Shown here piece by piece: positions 8,199 through 18,600 of a stretch of DNA of 64,000 nt. The DNA lies in IMG/VR virus record IMGVR_UViG_3300024289_000019, positions 1 to 64,000 of that record. One strand, given 5' to 3'. The stretch comes from a virus. Position numbers and translations under genes: made by a program. Under the pieces are notes generated by a model that was given only the letters and a program-made list of their open reading frames with translations, had not been told where the DNA came from and ran no database searches. Position 1 is the stretch's first letter, and the number at the start of each line of letters is the position of its first letter.

Positions 8199-10490
8199 AT
8201 GGCATACAAACAGTATGGAAATGTAATAAATACTTTAAACATAAAAGCAAAAAATATATTTAATTGGAACACAAATTATATAAGTTCCTATGGTTTTCGA
8301 AATTTAAATTCTAAAAATGCCCACACCGCAATTTCAAGATCTACAATTAAAGTTTCAAGTGGAACTGGACAATTACTTGGCTATGTCCCTTCTTTAGTTG
8401 GTTTAAATTATGACACAGCATCATTATTGTTAAGAAATGCTGGATTTACTCCTGATCCAAATTATATTTATTCTAACAGCATTGGTTTTCAACAATATCT
8501 TTCTCAGGGAGGATATGTTTCAGCTCAAGCACCTGCACCTTCAGCATCTTCTGGAACACTACTGGCATTTGGTTCAAGCGTGAGGCTTGATGTTATTCTC
8601 TATACATCTACGCCAATTGATACAAGCACGGTTCCAAATGCCCCACTATGGTCTAATGCTACATCTACAGATTCTGCTGTTACACTAACCTTTTTGACTC
8701 CAAGTAATGGTGGGTCTCCAATTTTAAGATATGAGTATAGTATAACAAATGGTGCAACTTGGATAAATATTAATTTACCAGTAAACAATACATTTACTGT
8801 TTCTGGTTTAACAAATAATGTTAACTATACATTTTATATAAGAGCAGTAAATGCAAAAGGAAATTCTGCATCTTCATCTGGAGTTACAAAAGCGCCCGTT
8901 GCATCAGGAGGAGGCGGAACAGCAGTTGTTCCAGGAACTCCATCTTTTACAGTATCATTTATTACCAATACATCTTTTAGAATAGATCTTACTCCACCAG
9001 CAAGCGATGGCGGATCTCAAATTATAAGATATCAACATTCTCTTAATAATGGTGTTACTTGGACAAATGATTTTACAAATACTGGACCTATTACAGTTTC
9101 AAATTTAACTCCAGGTACATCTTATCAAGTAGCATTAAGAGCAGTAAATGCAATTGGAAATGGTATTGCAACTGCTAGTCAAAATATTTCTACTACTCAA
9201 ATTGTCCCAGAATTAATTGGTATTTCTGTAAATGCTGCAAAAGCAATTATAACTGCATCTGGCTATGTTTATGGAGACGGAACAATTTCAGCCTCAAATA
9301 ACCAGTTTTATTTAGACTATCCTGGAGGATATGTTACAGCACAATCTCCTACTGCTGGAGCAAATTTGGCTGGCGGAGGAACAGTTAGATTAGACTTTAC
9401 ACAATATCTTTCAGCACCATCATATGGAACGGTACCAAATGTTATTGGACTTACCTTATCTGAAGCGGTTACAAGACTACAACAGGCTGGATATTCAAAT
9501 ATAACTCAAATAACAACATCTGATCCAAACAAAACATATCAACAAATTTATGCACAAAATCCAGTTTCTGGAACGGCAGCTCTTGTCAATACAGAAATTA
9601 CAATTAGCTATTCAGATTATACAGGTACTATATCAACACCAACAAATACAGTTAAGCCTTCCATTACTTATGACAATTTGTATGTAGGTTCTGTCTTTAA
9701 AGCAAAAGTAGGTTCTTGGACCGACAGTCCTACATCTTATGCATACCAATGGTATGATACAAATGGAAACAATTTTTTTAATGGAACATCGGTAAATTAC
9801 ACTGCAAATTCTTCTGCAATTTCTAGATCTATAAGACTAAAAGTTTCTGCTACAAATGCTGCTGGTACAAGCTCGTTTGTTTCTGCAGACAACGCATATG
9901 GTCCCATCAAAGATCTTCTACAACCTTCTACAGTTACTACTGCTTCAGTTAATGGAAGACAGTCTACGCAATTAAATATGCAATGGTTTGGAGGAGACTC
10001 ACCATTTTATTTTATTGGTATATATAAACCAGGAACATCTGCATATGTAACTACAAAAATTGTGTCAACAGAGTCTACATCTTTAACTGGATTAACTGCT
10101 GGAACTAACTATTATATACAAATATTTGGCAACAACAATAATGAATATTCTGCTAATTCTAAAACAAGCGAAGTAATATCTACAGTATTTGCAGCAGCTC
10201 CATCAAGTATGGTAATTAATTCTACAACAAAAAGTGGAAACAATATAAACTTTACAGCAACAAAAGGATCAAATACTTCGGCAATTTCATTAATATTACA
10301 AACAACAGGTGGAGGTTCTGTGTCAAACGCCATTGAACAAAAATTTGGATATGACCAATCTACTAATAATGTTTCTGGCTCTTATGATATAACAAATATT
10401 GCTTCTGGTACATATAATTTGGTTGGATATGGTTGGAACCCAGATTACGGTAACTCCCTACTTGCCTCAATTGTTCAGGTTACGATATAA
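8199..10490 (+). CDS. PASTA- and fibronectin type III-repeat virion protein
   Basis: three VP(S/E/N)(L/V)(V/I)G...A...L..AG(F/Y) PASTA-like repeats; FN3 motifs (NGGSPILRYEYS, YTFYIRAVNAKG). Confidence 0.7.
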   Translation: MAYKQYGNVINTLNIKAKNIFNWNTNYISSYGFRNLNSKNAHTAISRSTIKVSSGTGQLLGYVPSLVGLNYDTASLLLRNAGFTPDPNYIYSNSIGFQQYLSQGGYVSAQAPAPSASSGTLLAFGSSVRLDVILYTSTPIDTSTVPNAPLWSNATSTDSAVTLTFLTPSNGGSPILRYEYSITNGATWININLPVNNTFTVSGLTNNVNYTFYIRAVNAKGNSASSSGVTKAPVASGGGGTAVVPGTPSFTVSFITNTSFRIDLTPPASDGGSQIIRYQHSLNNGVTWTNDFTNTGPITVSNLTPGTSYQVALRAVNAIGNGIATASQNISTTQIVPELIGISVNAAKAIITASGYVYGDGTISASNNQFYLDYPGGYVTAQSPTAGANLAGGGTVRLDFTQYLSAPSYGTVPNVIGLTLSEAVTRLQQAGYSNITQITTSDPNKTYQQIYAQNPVSGTAALVNTEITISYSDYTGTISTPTNTVKPSITYDNLYVGSVFKAKVGSWTDSPTSYAYQWYDTNGNNFFNGTSVNYTANSSAISRSIRLKVSATNAAGTSSFVSADNAYGPIKDLLQPSTVTTASVNGRQSTQLNMQWFGGDSPFYFIGIYKPGTSAYVTTKIVSTESTSLTGLTAGTNYYIQIFGNNNNEYSANSKTSEVISTVFAAAPSSMVINSTTKSGNNINFTATKGSNTSAISLILQTTGGGSVSNAIEQKFGYDQSTNNVSGSYDITNIASGTYNLVGYGWNPDYGNSLLASIVQVTI

Positions 10491-10499
10491 TGGAGAGCA

Positions 10500-12236
10500 A
10501 TGTCATATCATCTTAATGTAATTAAAGACAACCCCATGGCTTTCTGGCCTTTGGACGAGTCTATATTTTCTAATACAATTGACATTTCTGGTTCTGGAAA
10601 TAATGGATCTTATGTAGGAACATTTTCTGGAAACATAATGCCTTTAGTATATGGAGGAAGTAACGCAACTAAAATAACTAATACTAGTTATGTGACTTGT
10701 CCAGTAACAAAAAATTTTTATAAAGAAGTAGGCAAAGGTGGTTTTGCTACTTCAGACTATTCAGACAATAGCTTTTCTTTAGAAATCTGGCTAAAGCAAA
10801 ATATATCATCTGGTTCAATGACACCTATATTTGCAGACTCTACCAACAACATAGGGCTATTTTATTTTAATGGAAACATTATTTTTAAAGTAAACTCTCA
10901 ATCTTTAATTTATAAGCTATCATTTGCAGAAAAAGCAATGCATATTGTTGCCTGCTACGGAACTAATTCTATGTCTATATATGTAGATGGTTCATTAGCC
11001 ACATCCCGTTTGCTTGAGTCTTTTAAATTTACCAATAATACTTTGTCAATTGCTTGCGGTCCAACCAATGATGCTCAGGACTATTTTTTAATAGATGCCC
11101 CAGCCATTTATAGATATAAGCTTTCTGCAGAACAAATAGCAGAACATTTTAACTCTGGCCTAGATCATACACAGCCCATACATATTGTTGCTCCAGACAA
11201 TGGCATTTTATTAGGTTTACATGGCCAAAATATTGCACCAGTTTTTATATATCAATACAACAAAGACGTGCAATGGCAATCTTTTATAGATGAAAATACA
11301 TACTATGATGAAGTAAATAAATATATTTCATTTAAAAAATCTACAGGTCCAAAAACATTTATAATTAATGACGTATTTAACGTTCCAACTTCAACCCCAA
11401 TTATTAGTTCAAAAATAGAGTGGAAGGGGGATAAGAATATAACTGTGGAATCATCCATAGACAATACAACATGGGTACAATGTATAAACGGATCTTCCCT
11501 TCCACAATTTAATAAAGAAAACTATACTGGAGATAGCTTGGTATATATTAGAATCACAATGACAACCGATGATTCTGAAATTGATTTTCCAAGACTCTCA
11601 TTATTTAGAGTTTTGTTTTATTCTAAAAAAGAATTATATGCACATAATTATGGATACTACGCTACATCAGAAAAAGAATATGATGCTGCCAATTTTAGTT
11701 ATCCAGTTTTAATTAGACATCCAAATGTTGGTTTAAAAACTTGTGGCACAGGAGGATTTAAGGTAGATATAGATTTGGACATAAGCACTGTAGAGTTTAT
11801 GTTTACCCCGACCAGCCTTGCTGACAATATGGTTTTTTATTGTCCAGATCCAGAGTCTAAATTTGGATGGGCTGGAAACACAGCAATAAAATCCAATATA
11901 TCCAAGGTTTACATAAATGAAGAGGATGTCACCTCTGTTACTAATATTAAATCTAAATTTGTATTAAATGAGCCACATCACGTAGTGCTTGTTTTAAGTT
12001 CACCAGCACAAAATGTATTACAGTTTAATTACTTATCTAATACAAATTATGGCCCCGTATGTAATTATCAAAATATAGGTTTATACCAATACCAGTTTGT
12101 TCCAGGAGATGTTGCCTTCCATTACGATACATATTGTGGCAAACCCTCTATTTCTGTTTCAGATTCGTCACTGGGCCTGACAGAATCTGGAGTAACAACC
12201 TATAATCAAGACTATTTAATAGTATCCAGTGCATAA
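10500..12236 (+). CDS. LamG-domain structural protein
   Basis: DNPMAFWPLDE, FSLEIW, HIVACY, IYVDG, IDAPAIYRYKLS. Confidence 0.65.
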   Translation: MSYHLNVIKDNPMAFWPLDESIFSNTIDISGSGNNGSYVGTFSGNIMPLVYGGSNATKITNTSYVTCPVTKNFYKEVGKGGFATSDYSDNSFSLEIWLKQNISSGSMTPIFADSTNNIGLFYFNGNIIFKVNSQSLIYKLSFAEKAMHIVACYGTNSMSIYVDGSLATSRLLESFKFTNNTLSIACGPTNDAQDYFLIDAPAIYRYKLSAEQIAEHFNSGLDHTQPIHIVAPDNGILLGLHGQNIAPVFIYQYNKDVQWQSFIDENTYYDEVNKYISFKKSTGPKTFIINDVFNVPTSTPIISSKIEWKGDKNITVESSIDNTTWVQCINGSSLPQFNKENYTGDSLVYIRITMTTDDSEIDFPRLSLFRVLFYSKKELYAHNYGYYATSEKEYDAANFSYPVLIRHPNVGLKTCGTGGFKVDIDLDISTVEFMFTPTSLADNMVFYCPDPESKFGWAGNTAIKSNISKVYINEEDVTSVTNIKSKFVLNEPHHVVLVLSSPAQNVLQFNYLSNTNYGPVCNYQNIGLYQYQFVPGDVAFHYDTYCGKPSISVSDSSLGLTESGVTTYNQDYLIVSSA

Positions 12237-12261
12237 TTTTGTCAAACTAGTTGACAAAATC

Positions 12262-12290
12262 TGGACTTATACACATCAAAATGGTAAAAT
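12262..12290 (+). promoter_or_regulatory. head-operon promoter, preceded by a palindrome at 12236-12260
   Basis: TGGACT-17 nt-TAAAAT with extended TG; ATTTTGTCAA-ACTAG-TTGACAAAAT just upstream. Confidence 0.5.
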
Positions 12291-12296
12291 GAAGTA

Positions 12297-12626
12297 ATGG
12301 AAATCAAAGGTATAAACAAGCAGATAATCGAAGAGACCACTCTTGGAATCTATGTCTGGGAAATGCCAGACGGAAGATGGATTGGCGACGACGATGGCAA
12401 TTTTTTGTCAGTTACATCAATGAAAGGCAATAAGTCTAGAATGGATGCTCTGGCAAGGGAAGTTAGGTCTTATGGCATTTATGAAGGCCGTCCGCTATTT
12501 TTGTCAGGCAGACGAAAAATTGATGACGAAGAGTTTGAATATCAAAAGCAAAGATTAGAATGGGGTTTAACGCCAGACCCTTTAGATATTGGCGTATACA
12601 AAGATGAGGTCAGGAAAAACAAATAA
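12297..12626 (+). CDS. phage protein upstream of portal, function unknown
   Basis: 109 aa, TAATG-coupled to the portal gene. Confidence 0.7.
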   Translation: MEIKGINKQIIEETTLGIYVWEMPDGRWIGDDDGNFLSVTSMKGNKSRMDALAREVRSYGIYEGRPLFLSGRRKIDDEEFEYQKQRLEWGLTPDPLDIGVYKDEVRKNK

Positions 12627-14218
12627 TGAAAGTTCAATACGAAGAAGATCCAGTATTTCAAGACAATGATGTACGTGTAAGCACATATGCTGATATGGTT
12701 AGATTTTCAAAGTCTCAAGATGAAGTTACATCTGATGAATTTAAAATGTCTGCAGAAGAATTGCAAAAGGTTGCTGGCATGTCTCCAGCTTTTAGACGCA
12801 AACTTAGCAGAGAACTTTCAAAAGCTTTTACTGGTAAAGAAGGAGCGCAAACTCAACAGAGCCTATTGGCCCAAGCAATCACTGGATACGCTTTCCTAGA
12901 TGTTATTGAGCCAGTTTATAATTTAGAATATTTATCAAGACTATACGAAATATCAACATATAATTATGCTGCATGCAACGCAAAGACTTCAAACATTGTT
13001 GGTCTAGGTTGGCAGTTTATTGAAACAAGAAAAACAAATGACGCATTAGATAGCATTACAGATGAAAAGCAATTAGAAAGAGCAAGAAGAAAACTTTCAA
13101 AGCTTAGATCGGATTTGCAAGACTGGCTAGATCAATGTAATAGCGAAGATACATTTCAAGAAACTCTTATTAAGGTTTGGACTGATTATGAGTCTACTGG
13201 AAATGGCTATATAGAAATAGGAAGAACTGTTCGTGGAGATATCGGATATATTGGACATATTCCTGCGAAGACAATGCGAGTACGTAGATTAAGAGACGGC
13301 TTTGTTCAACTTCTTTATGGAAAGTTAGTATTCTTTAGAAACTATGGGGACCAAGAAACTCCTAATCCAATTTTAGGTGGAAGCGATAGACCTAATGAAA
13401 TTATTCATCTTAAAAAATACACTCCAGTAAATCAATATTATGGAATACCAGACATTATTGCTGCACAGAACTCTGTTGCTGGAAATGAATTTGCCGCTAA
13501 ATATAATTTAGATTATTTTGAGAATAAGGCTGTGCCAAGATATATTATTACCGCAAAAGGCGCAAAGCTTTCTCCAGAATCAGAAAGAAAATTATTAGAG
13601 TTCTTTCAGGTTGGATTAAAAGGAAAGAACCATAGATCCCTTTATATTCCACTTCCAGCAGATACTCCAGAGGCTAAAGTTGAATTTAAGATGGAACCAA
13701 TTGAGGCTGGAACTCAGGAAGGCTCTTTTGACAAATATAGAAAAGCTAATAGAGACGAAATGCTTTTAGCACATCGTGTTCCAATTAATAAGGTTGGTAC
13801 ACCAGAAGGTGTCAATTTAGCAGTTGCTCGTGATGCTGATAAAACATTTAAAGAGCAAGTATGTAGACCAGCCCAAATGAGGCTTGAAAAGAAATTAAAT
13901 GCAATTATTGAAGAAAAAACAGATGCTTTGATAATTAAATTTAACGAATTAAGCCTTACAGATGAAGATACTCAATCTAAGATTGATGAAAGATATTTGA
14001 GAATGCAGGTAATTACTCCTAATGAAGTTAGAATCAGAAAGGGTATGATCCCAATTGATGGAGGCGACGAAGTCGTTGATTTAAAGGGTCAAGATGCTGC
14101 CGAGCAGGCCGCTCAAGCAGGTAATACTAGACAGCGTTCTCAAAATAGACAGGCTAATTCCCCCGATATTTCTGGGGAGGGCAGAAATGCAAAAGGTGAT
14201 GGAAGGCAGGCAGAATAG
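12626..14218 (+). CDS. portal protein
   Basis: DYESTGNGYIE, EIIHLKKYTP..YYGIP, YFENKAVP, AHRVP, ITPNEVR motifs. Confidence 0.9.
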   Translation: MKVQYEEDPVFQDNDVRVSTYADMVRFSKSQDEVTSDEFKMSAEELQKVAGMSPAFRRKLSRELSKAFTGKEGAQTQQSLLAQAITGYAFLDVIEPVYNLEYLSRLYEISTYNYAACNAKTSNIVGLGWQFIETRKTNDALDSITDEKQLERARRKLSKLRSDLQDWLDQCNSEDTFQETLIKVWTDYESTGNGYIEIGRTVRGDIGYIGHIPAKTMRVRRLRDGFVQLLYGKLVFFRNYGDQETPNPILGGSDRPNEIIHLKKYTPVNQYYGIPDIIAAQNSVAGNEFAAKYNLDYFENKAVPRYIITAKGAKLSPESERKLLEFFQVGLKGKNHRSLYIPLPADTPEAKVEFKMEPIEAGTQEGSFDKYRKANRDEMLLAHRVPINKVGTPEGVNLAVARDADKTFKEQVCRPAQMRLEKKLNAIIEEKTDALIIKFNELSLTDEDTQSKIDERYLRMQVITPNEVRIRKGMIPIDGGDEVVDLKGQDAAEQAAQAGNTRQRSQNRQANSPDISGEGRNAKGDGRQAE

Positions 14219-14240
14219 TAATTTTTTAGGCGACTATTCT

Positions 14241-14269
14241 TTGCCTTTTTAATTACTGGTTGCTATACT
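14241..14269 (+). promoter_or_regulatory. sigma70-type promoter
   Basis: TTGCCT-17 nt-TATACT with extended TG. Confidence 0.6.
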
Positions 14270-14278
14270 TTACTTAGT

Positions 14279-15604
14279 ATGGACATTAAAAAAACTAATT
14301 GGTCTAGTGACGGCACCCGTCTATCTATTGGTGTCCCATTTACCAAGGTCAATAAAGAGAACAGAACTGTTTCTGGATTTGCTACATTAAACAATGTAGA
14401 CCAAACAGGAGATGTTGTCACAGCAGAAGCGAGTCTTAAAGCATTTGATGGATTTAAAGGAAACATCCGTGAAATGCATCAACCTATTGCGGTTGGAAAA
14501 GTTGTTTCATTTAAACCAGAAACATTTTTTGATGCAGTAACAAAAAGTTTTTATGATGGCGTATGGGTTAGCGCATATATTTCAAAAGGCGCACAAGACA
14601 CTTGGGAAAAAGTTCTAGACGGCACACTTTCTGGTTTTTCAATTGGTGGAAGAATTAAGGATGCGGAAACAGAAGTAAATAAAGCCGATGGAACATCAGT
14701 AAGATTTATTAAAGATTATGATCTTGTAGAATTGTCTCTTGTAGATTCTCCTGCAAATCAATTATGCAATATTCTTTCAATTGAAAAAGTAGATGGCAAA
14801 TTGGTTCTTAAAGGAATTTCAGCAGGAGTTACAGCAGCAAACGTATTTTTCTGTCAAACAGATGATGTTGTTGTTTCAGACACAGAAGAAGCACGAGAGT
14901 GCACAGCCTGTGGAAAACCAATGCAAGTAATTGGTTGGGTTGAAAACAATGATGTTAATAAAGCAGATTCAGTACGTTATGTTTATGAAACACATGTAAA
15001 AAAGATTTCTAGTTCTGCAAATGAACTTGAAAACAACACCGAAATAAATAAAGGAGGTACAACTATGTCAGATGAAACAATGACAGAAGCAACAGTTGAA
15101 GCAACCCCAGAAACTCCTGCAGCAGAAGTTGTAGCAGAGGCTACACCAGAAGCTCCAGCAGTCGAAGAGGCAGCATCAGAAGTTGCAGAAGCTGCACCAG
15201 CAGCAGAAGTTGCCGCCGATAATGCAGGAGAGCCAGCACCAGCAGTTGCAGAAGAAACAGATTTTGCAAAAATGATTGGTGATCTTAAGGGCTTCTTGTC
15301 CGATACACTTACCAAGGCAGCAGAAACAAATGCGGCACAGGTTGCTGCAGTTAAAGAAACTGTAGAATCCTTTAGCAAGAGTGTTGAAGCAAGAATTATC
15401 GATTTGGCAGAACAACATAATACACTAAGCGAAACCGTAAAAGGTATTCGTGAAACAATCGGTTCCGTAGAAAAGAGAATCGAAGCAGTCGAGGGTGATA
15501 CTGCAATTAAGAAGTCTGCTGACCTTGGCGGGTCAACAGAGTTTGTAAAGAAATCAAAATGGAGCGGCGCTTTCCTCGGTTCCGTGAACGACATTCTAAA
15601 CTAA
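14279..15604 (+). CDS. prohead (capsid maturation) protease with C-terminal scaffold region
   Basis: VSGFAT..NVDQTGD, IREMH, GFSIGG, VELSLVDSPAN; Ala/Glu/Pro-rich linker and coiled-coil C-terminus. Confidence 0.85.
   Translation: MDIKKTNWSSDGTRLSIGVPFTKVNKENRTVSGFATLNNVDQTGDVVTAEASLKAFDGFKGNIREMHQPIAVGKVVSFKPETFFDAVTKSFYDGVWVSAYISKGAQDTWEKVLDGTLSGFSIGGRIKDAETEVNKADGTSVRFIKDYDLVELSLVDSPANQLCNILSIEKVDGKLVLKGISAGVTAANVFFCQTDDVVVSDTEEARECTACGKPMQVIGWVENNDVNKADSVRYVYETHVKKISSSANELENNTEINKGGTTMSDETMTEATVEATPETPAAEVVAEATPEAPAVEEAASEVAEAAPAAEVAADNAGEPAPAVAEETDFAKMIGDLKGFLSDTLTKAAETNAAQVAAVKETVESFSKSVEARIIDLAEQHNTLSETVKGIRETIGSVEKRIEAVEGDTAIKKSADLGGSTEFVKKSKWSGAFLGSVNDILN
15065..15604 (+). CDS. nested in-frame scaffold protein (internal start)
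   Basis: AAGGAGG at 15051-15057 precedes an in-frame ATG at 15065. Confidence 0.6.
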   Translation: MSDETMTEATVEATPETPAAEVVAEATPEAPAVEEAASEVAEAAPAAEVAADNAGEPAPAVAEETDFAKMIGDLKGFLSDTLTKAAETNAAQVAAVKETVESFSKSVEARIIDLAEQHNTLSETVKGIRETIGSVEKRIEAVEGDTAIKKSADLGGSTEFVKKSKWSGAFLGSVNDILN

Positions 15605-15625
15605 AAGGCAGGTGAAAGAAATAAA

Positions 15626-16675
15626 ATGAGCAATGAACTATTAGAAAAAGCAGTAGCAGCAAATACTACTTTGACTACAGGTATGAATGGACAGACCATC
15701 ACTGGTGCTGGCATTCACGTTGGAGCTACTCAAACAGGTGGTCTCCTAAATCCAGAGCAGTCCGCAAGATTCCTTGACTATGTGTTCGACGCTACCGTTA
15801 TTGGTAAAGTCGCACGTACAGTTAGAATGAAGGCTGACACAACTGAGATTGATCGTATCGGAGTTGGCGAGAAGTTGATGAAAGTCGCTTCTGAAGCTAA
15901 CGATACAGCATCAAACGCAGGCGTTACATTCTCCAAGATTTCTCTGACCACTAAGAAGCTTCGTCTTGACTGGGAACTCTCAACAGAGTCTCTAGAAGAC
16001 AACATCGAAGGGCCAGATCTTGAGGACCATATCGCACGTTTGATGGCAACACAAGCAGGAAATGACATTGAGGACCTAGTTCTTAATGGAGATGCTTCTG
16101 CAACTTCAGATGACCTATATAAGGCATTTGATGGTGTTGTCAAGAAGTCAAAGGCTAACGGTCACGTTGTAGATGCAGCGGGAGCTAATATCTCTCGTGC
16201 AGTATTCAACAGTGCACTTAAGGCTCTTCCACGTAAGTACAAGCAACGTCGTACAGACCTTCGCTTCCTTGCTGGATCAAACCTTATTCAGGACTTCCTA
16301 TATACACAAAGCATTGGTACAAACCAGACAATCCCACAAGATATCGCTTCTAGCGTTATCCGTGGCGATGTTGCTCCACTCGGTGGACCAGCTGGTTACG
16401 TAGCACCATTCGCATTTGGTATTCCAATTGTTGAAGTCCCACTTCTAAAGGAAACTCAGACTGGTACCCATACTGGTGCATCAGGAGATCATGGTGACGT
16501 ACACCTCTCATTCCCAAATAACGTTGTTATTGGAATTAAGCGTGACGTAACTGTATACAGATTCTTCTGGCCACGTAAGGACTCAGTAGAGTATACACTT
16601 TATACTCGTGTTGGCGTTCAGATTGAACAAGCAGATGCTTGGGTAGTCGTAAAGAACGTTAAGGTAGCTTCTTAA
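15626..16675 (+). CDS. major capsid protein (HK97 fold)
   Basis: GGLLNPEQS.RF, LSTESLEDNIEG, LPRKY; position after the protease; strongly biased codons. Confidence 0.9.
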   Translation: MSNELLEKAVAANTTLTTGMNGQTITGAGIHVGATQTGGLLNPEQSARFLDYVFDATVIGKVARTVRMKADTTEIDRIGVGEKLMKVASEANDTASNAGVTFSKISLTTKKLRLDWELSTESLEDNIEGPDLEDHIARLMATQAGNDIEDLVLNGDASATSDDLYKAFDGVVKKSKANGHVVDAAGANISRAVFNSALKALPRKYKQRRTDLRFLAGSNLIQDFLYTQSIGTNQTIPQDIASSVIRGDVAPLGGPAGYVAPFAFGIPIVEVPLLKETQTGTHTGASGDHGDVHLSFPNNVVIGIKRDVTVYRFFWPRKDSVEYTLYTRVGVQIEQADAWVVVKNVKVAS

Positions 16676-16694
16676 TTAAATAAGAAGATCTTGT

Positions 16695-16736
16695 AGAGGC
16701 CTCTAAAATTTAATATTTTGGGGGCCTTTACCTTTT
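16695..16736 (+). terminator. intrinsic terminator after the capsid gene
   Basis: AGAGGCCTCTAAAAT/ATTTTGGGGGCCTTT hairpin followed by a T-rich tract. Confidence 0.7.
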
Positions 16737-16777
16737 AATTTTACAATGCTATAATTGATAAGAACAAAGGAGAATGT

Positions 16778-17176
16778 ATGTCATTTTCGACATTAAAAAT
16801 TGCTGAATTACGTCAGGTTGCCGAAGACTTTGCGGTTGAACTACCAAATTCAAAAAACAAAACAGAAATAATTGCAGCCCTCGCTGAAGAAGGCGTAACA
16901 TGGGATGTATACCAAAAGACTATTGAAAATATTGAAGATTCAAAATTAGAGGCAGACGAAGTATTGCCAACTTTTGATCCAAAGAAGGAACAGCCAGAAG
17001 ACACTGTTCTAGTAAAAATGGAACGTGCTAACTTTAGGTATGACGCAATGGGATTCACATTTACCAAAGAACATCCTTTTGTAGCAATGCCTACAGAAAA
17101 AGCAGAAGAAATTTTTGAAAAAGAGGAGGGTTTTCGTTTAGCGACTCCCGTAGAGGTTAGAGAGTTCTACGCATAA
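16778..17176 (+). CDS. head-associated protein with an N-terminal Rho-N/HeH-like motif
   Basis: LKIAELRQVAEDFAVEL....NKTEIIAAL; own promoter TTTACC-17-TATAAT (16727-16755). Confidence 0.55.
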   Translation: MSFSTLKIAELRQVAEDFAVELPNSKNKTEIIAALAEEGVTWDVYQKTIENIEDSKLEADEVLPTFDPKKEQPEDTVLVKMERANFRYDAMGFTFTKEHPFVAMPTEKAEEIFEKEEGFRLATPVEVREFYA

Positions 17177-17188
17177 CGAAAATTTTAA

Positions 17189-18175
17189 ATGGCAGAATTA
17201 TATGTAAACAGTAATGGAGCAATCCGTCAAAAAATTTATTGGGGAGGTCAACCAGTAGATGCAGACGGAAATGTTACCGTTACTGTTTACGATGTAACAC
17301 AGGATCCAGCAGTTGTACCAAACTTAAACCCAACTACACCAATTGGAACTTATATTGCAACAAATCTAGAAACAGATAATGGTAATTATGAAATCGTTTT
17401 GCCTTTCAATATTACTTTTAGAAATAGAAAATTAAAACTTGTCTGGTCCTATCAAGTTTCTGGAAACTCTGCCAGTAACACATCATATGTAGATGTTGTA
17501 ACACCTTACGCAAATTTGTCGGAAGCAATAGATGCTCTTGGAATAGGCGTTGATCCAAGTGATGCAAATTATAAATCTTATGATGAAATAAAGATGGCTG
17601 AAAAATATGCCAGAAAATTAATTGAAAGTTACACAAACGATTACTACTATATATATGATGATTCTGTAACTATTTATGGTAACGGAGATGATTCAATTCA
17701 AACACTTTATAAGATTCAGGAATTGCATGAACTATATGCAGATGATATATTGCTTATAGACAATCCAAATCAAATAAATAATGTTGGTTATAGCGTTGTG
17801 CCAGTTTCAAGTGGATACGGTCTTAAAATTGATAGAAACCTTACAATAGACAACACCGTGTATTTGGCAAACGGCATGGTATCACCAACAGTATATGATA
17901 TTGGATATCAAGGGTTTTTTAGAAAAGGAGTTGCTTATAGAATTCAAGGAAAGTTTGGATGGTCAGATGTTCCAGATGCAATAGAAACAGCAACTATAGA
18001 ACTAATGAAAGACTTTTTCAATAAAGATACCCAATGGAAAAATAAATACGTAAAGAGTATATCTACCTTTGACTGGGACTTTGAATATGACCCACAAGTA
18101 TATAGCGGAACAGGAAACTTTTTTGTAGACAATATCCTCTCTGGATATGTTATTAAACAAATGTTGGTGATTTAA
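17189..18175 (+). CDS. head-tail adaptor/connector
   Basis: ARKLIESYT and GKFGWSDVPDAIETATIEL motifs; position. Confidence 0.65.
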   Translation: MAELYVNSNGAIRQKIYWGGQPVDADGNVTVTVYDVTQDPAVVPNLNPTTPIGTYIATNLETDNGNYEIVLPFNITFRNRKLKLVWSYQVSGNSASNTSYVDVVTPYANLSEAIDALGIGVDPSDANYKSYDEIKMAEKYARKLIESYTNDYYYIYDDSVTIYGNGDDSIQTLYKIQELHELYADDILLIDNPNQINNVGYSVVPVSSGYGLKIDRNLTIDNTVYLANGMVSPTVYDIGYQGFFRKGVAYRIQGKFGWSDVPDAIETATIELMKDFFNKDTQWKNKYVKSISTFDWDFEYDPQVYSGTGNFFVDNILSGYVIKQMLVI

Positions 18176-18600
18176 TGAAAGATTTAGTTAATTCAATATT
18201 AACAATGAAAGCCGATATTTATTCTCAAGAAGATACGCAAGATGAAGATACTGGCGCATTAAAAAAGAATTGGATATTTACAGATACCGTTGATTGCTTT
18301 GCAAAGGGTTCGGTAAGCTCTGCTGGTTCTCGTGGTCAAGACAAACAACAATATACCACTAAATATAAAGATACGGAATCTATACAAATTCGTGTAGACA
18401 AATATATCAATCAAAGGCAAAAAATAACAAACATTAGAAATAAAAATGGAGAAGTTATTTGGTATGAATTAAATTACCCAACTAATACTCCAACAGTTTT
18501 TGAGATAGTGGGAAATACTCCAATAACAGACCCATTTGGAGAAATTCTTGGATGGAATTTATTGGCTCAAAGATCGGAGAATCAGACAATTGGCAACTAG
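18175..18600 (+). CDS. head closure/stopper protein
   Basis: size, synteny, QDEDTGALKKNW. Confidence 0.55.
   Translation: MKDLVNSILTMKADIYSQEDTQDEDTGALKKNWIFTDTVDCFAKGSVSSAGSRGQDKQQYTTKYKDTESIQIRVDKYINQRQKITNIRNKNGEVIWYELNYPTNTPTVFEIVGNTPITDPFGEILGWNLLAQRSENQTIGN

Noticed and set aside
14983-15594. 203-aa antisense ORF
   Set aside because: Mirror of the low-complexity scaffold region with biased codons
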